A stretch of 64,000 nt of DNA from assembly GCA_964252035.1 (NCBI GenBank), contig OZ176206.1. The stretch is one strand, 5' to 3'. Positions 63,598-64,000 of this stretch are shown here, piece after piece (the first letter of the stretch is position 1; each line of letters begins with the position of its first letter). Source of the DNA: Podarcis erhardii (Eukaryota). A model generated the notes under the pieces. That model had not been told where the DNA came from. It ran no database searches and was given only the letters and a program-made list of their open reading frames with translations. The translations under genes were made by a program, and so were the position numbers.

Positions 63598-64000
63598 CTG
63601 AAATAAAAAGGAGGAAATCAATTTTTAGACAATCAACATCTCCTTTAAGCAATGTTTCTTTAGTTTTAACGCCCTTTAATATCTTTGTGGGAGTATAGAA
63701 AATCAGGCACACTTCTGGCATAAGCATCTCTTTCCCAGAAATATTTGGGTTGTTTGTGCAGTGATTGGCCATAACAGGGAAAATGCAGCATTGGCATTCA
63801 TAACCTACATCAGGTATCTTCAACCTTTTTTAGATCCAGGACTCACTAACTAGGTGATCAAAAATAAGATACCTAACAGGTTTTTGTTTTTGTTTTGATT
63901 TTGTATGATATTATATACCTTCACATAATACTTTGGTTTACGTATTTGTTCTGCAAATTATAAGGGCCATGCCATGCAGCCAGTATGCCTTAACCATTTC
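61845..64000. repeat. ~1.55 kb tandem duplication (xGGLLx exon unit)
   Basis: 62029/63580 offset 1551; 61850-62450 matches 63395-64000. Confidence 0.85.

Overview
Vertebrate genomic DNA from a squamate, probably a lacertid lizard, judged from the repeat content (Sauria/Squam1 SINE, Squam3-like SINE, BovB/RTE, CR1, L2, mariner and hAT MITEs). No long ORF is a host gene. The minus strand carries a tandem array of paralogous genes built almost entirely from 9-33 nt phase-0 micro-exons, which are too short for the ORF track. Gene A (>63597 to ~31455, 5' end outside the window) has 34 coding micro-exons giving about 249 aa. It encodes a Gly/Leu/Pro-rich repeat region, then two RKKR|SP furin-type sites that would release two related 84- and 83-aa Cys-free, aromatic-free, anionic, probably amphipathic peptides. 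It ends with a 9-nt exon supplying only the stop codon and a non-coding last exon. Gene B (~26300 to ~4490) has the same 3' architecture and GLR(S/K)KRSP exons, but its putative 5' exons look decayed. A remnant 5' end of a third paralog lies at ~3170-3835. The locus grew by nested tandem duplications (~0.9, 1.55, 3.08 and ~10 kb), and exons were lost by CpG decay of splice donors. An orphan DMPK/MRCK-family exon-1 fragment lies at 29989-30166. I cannot assign the micro-exon family to a known gene, and all family comparisons are from memory.
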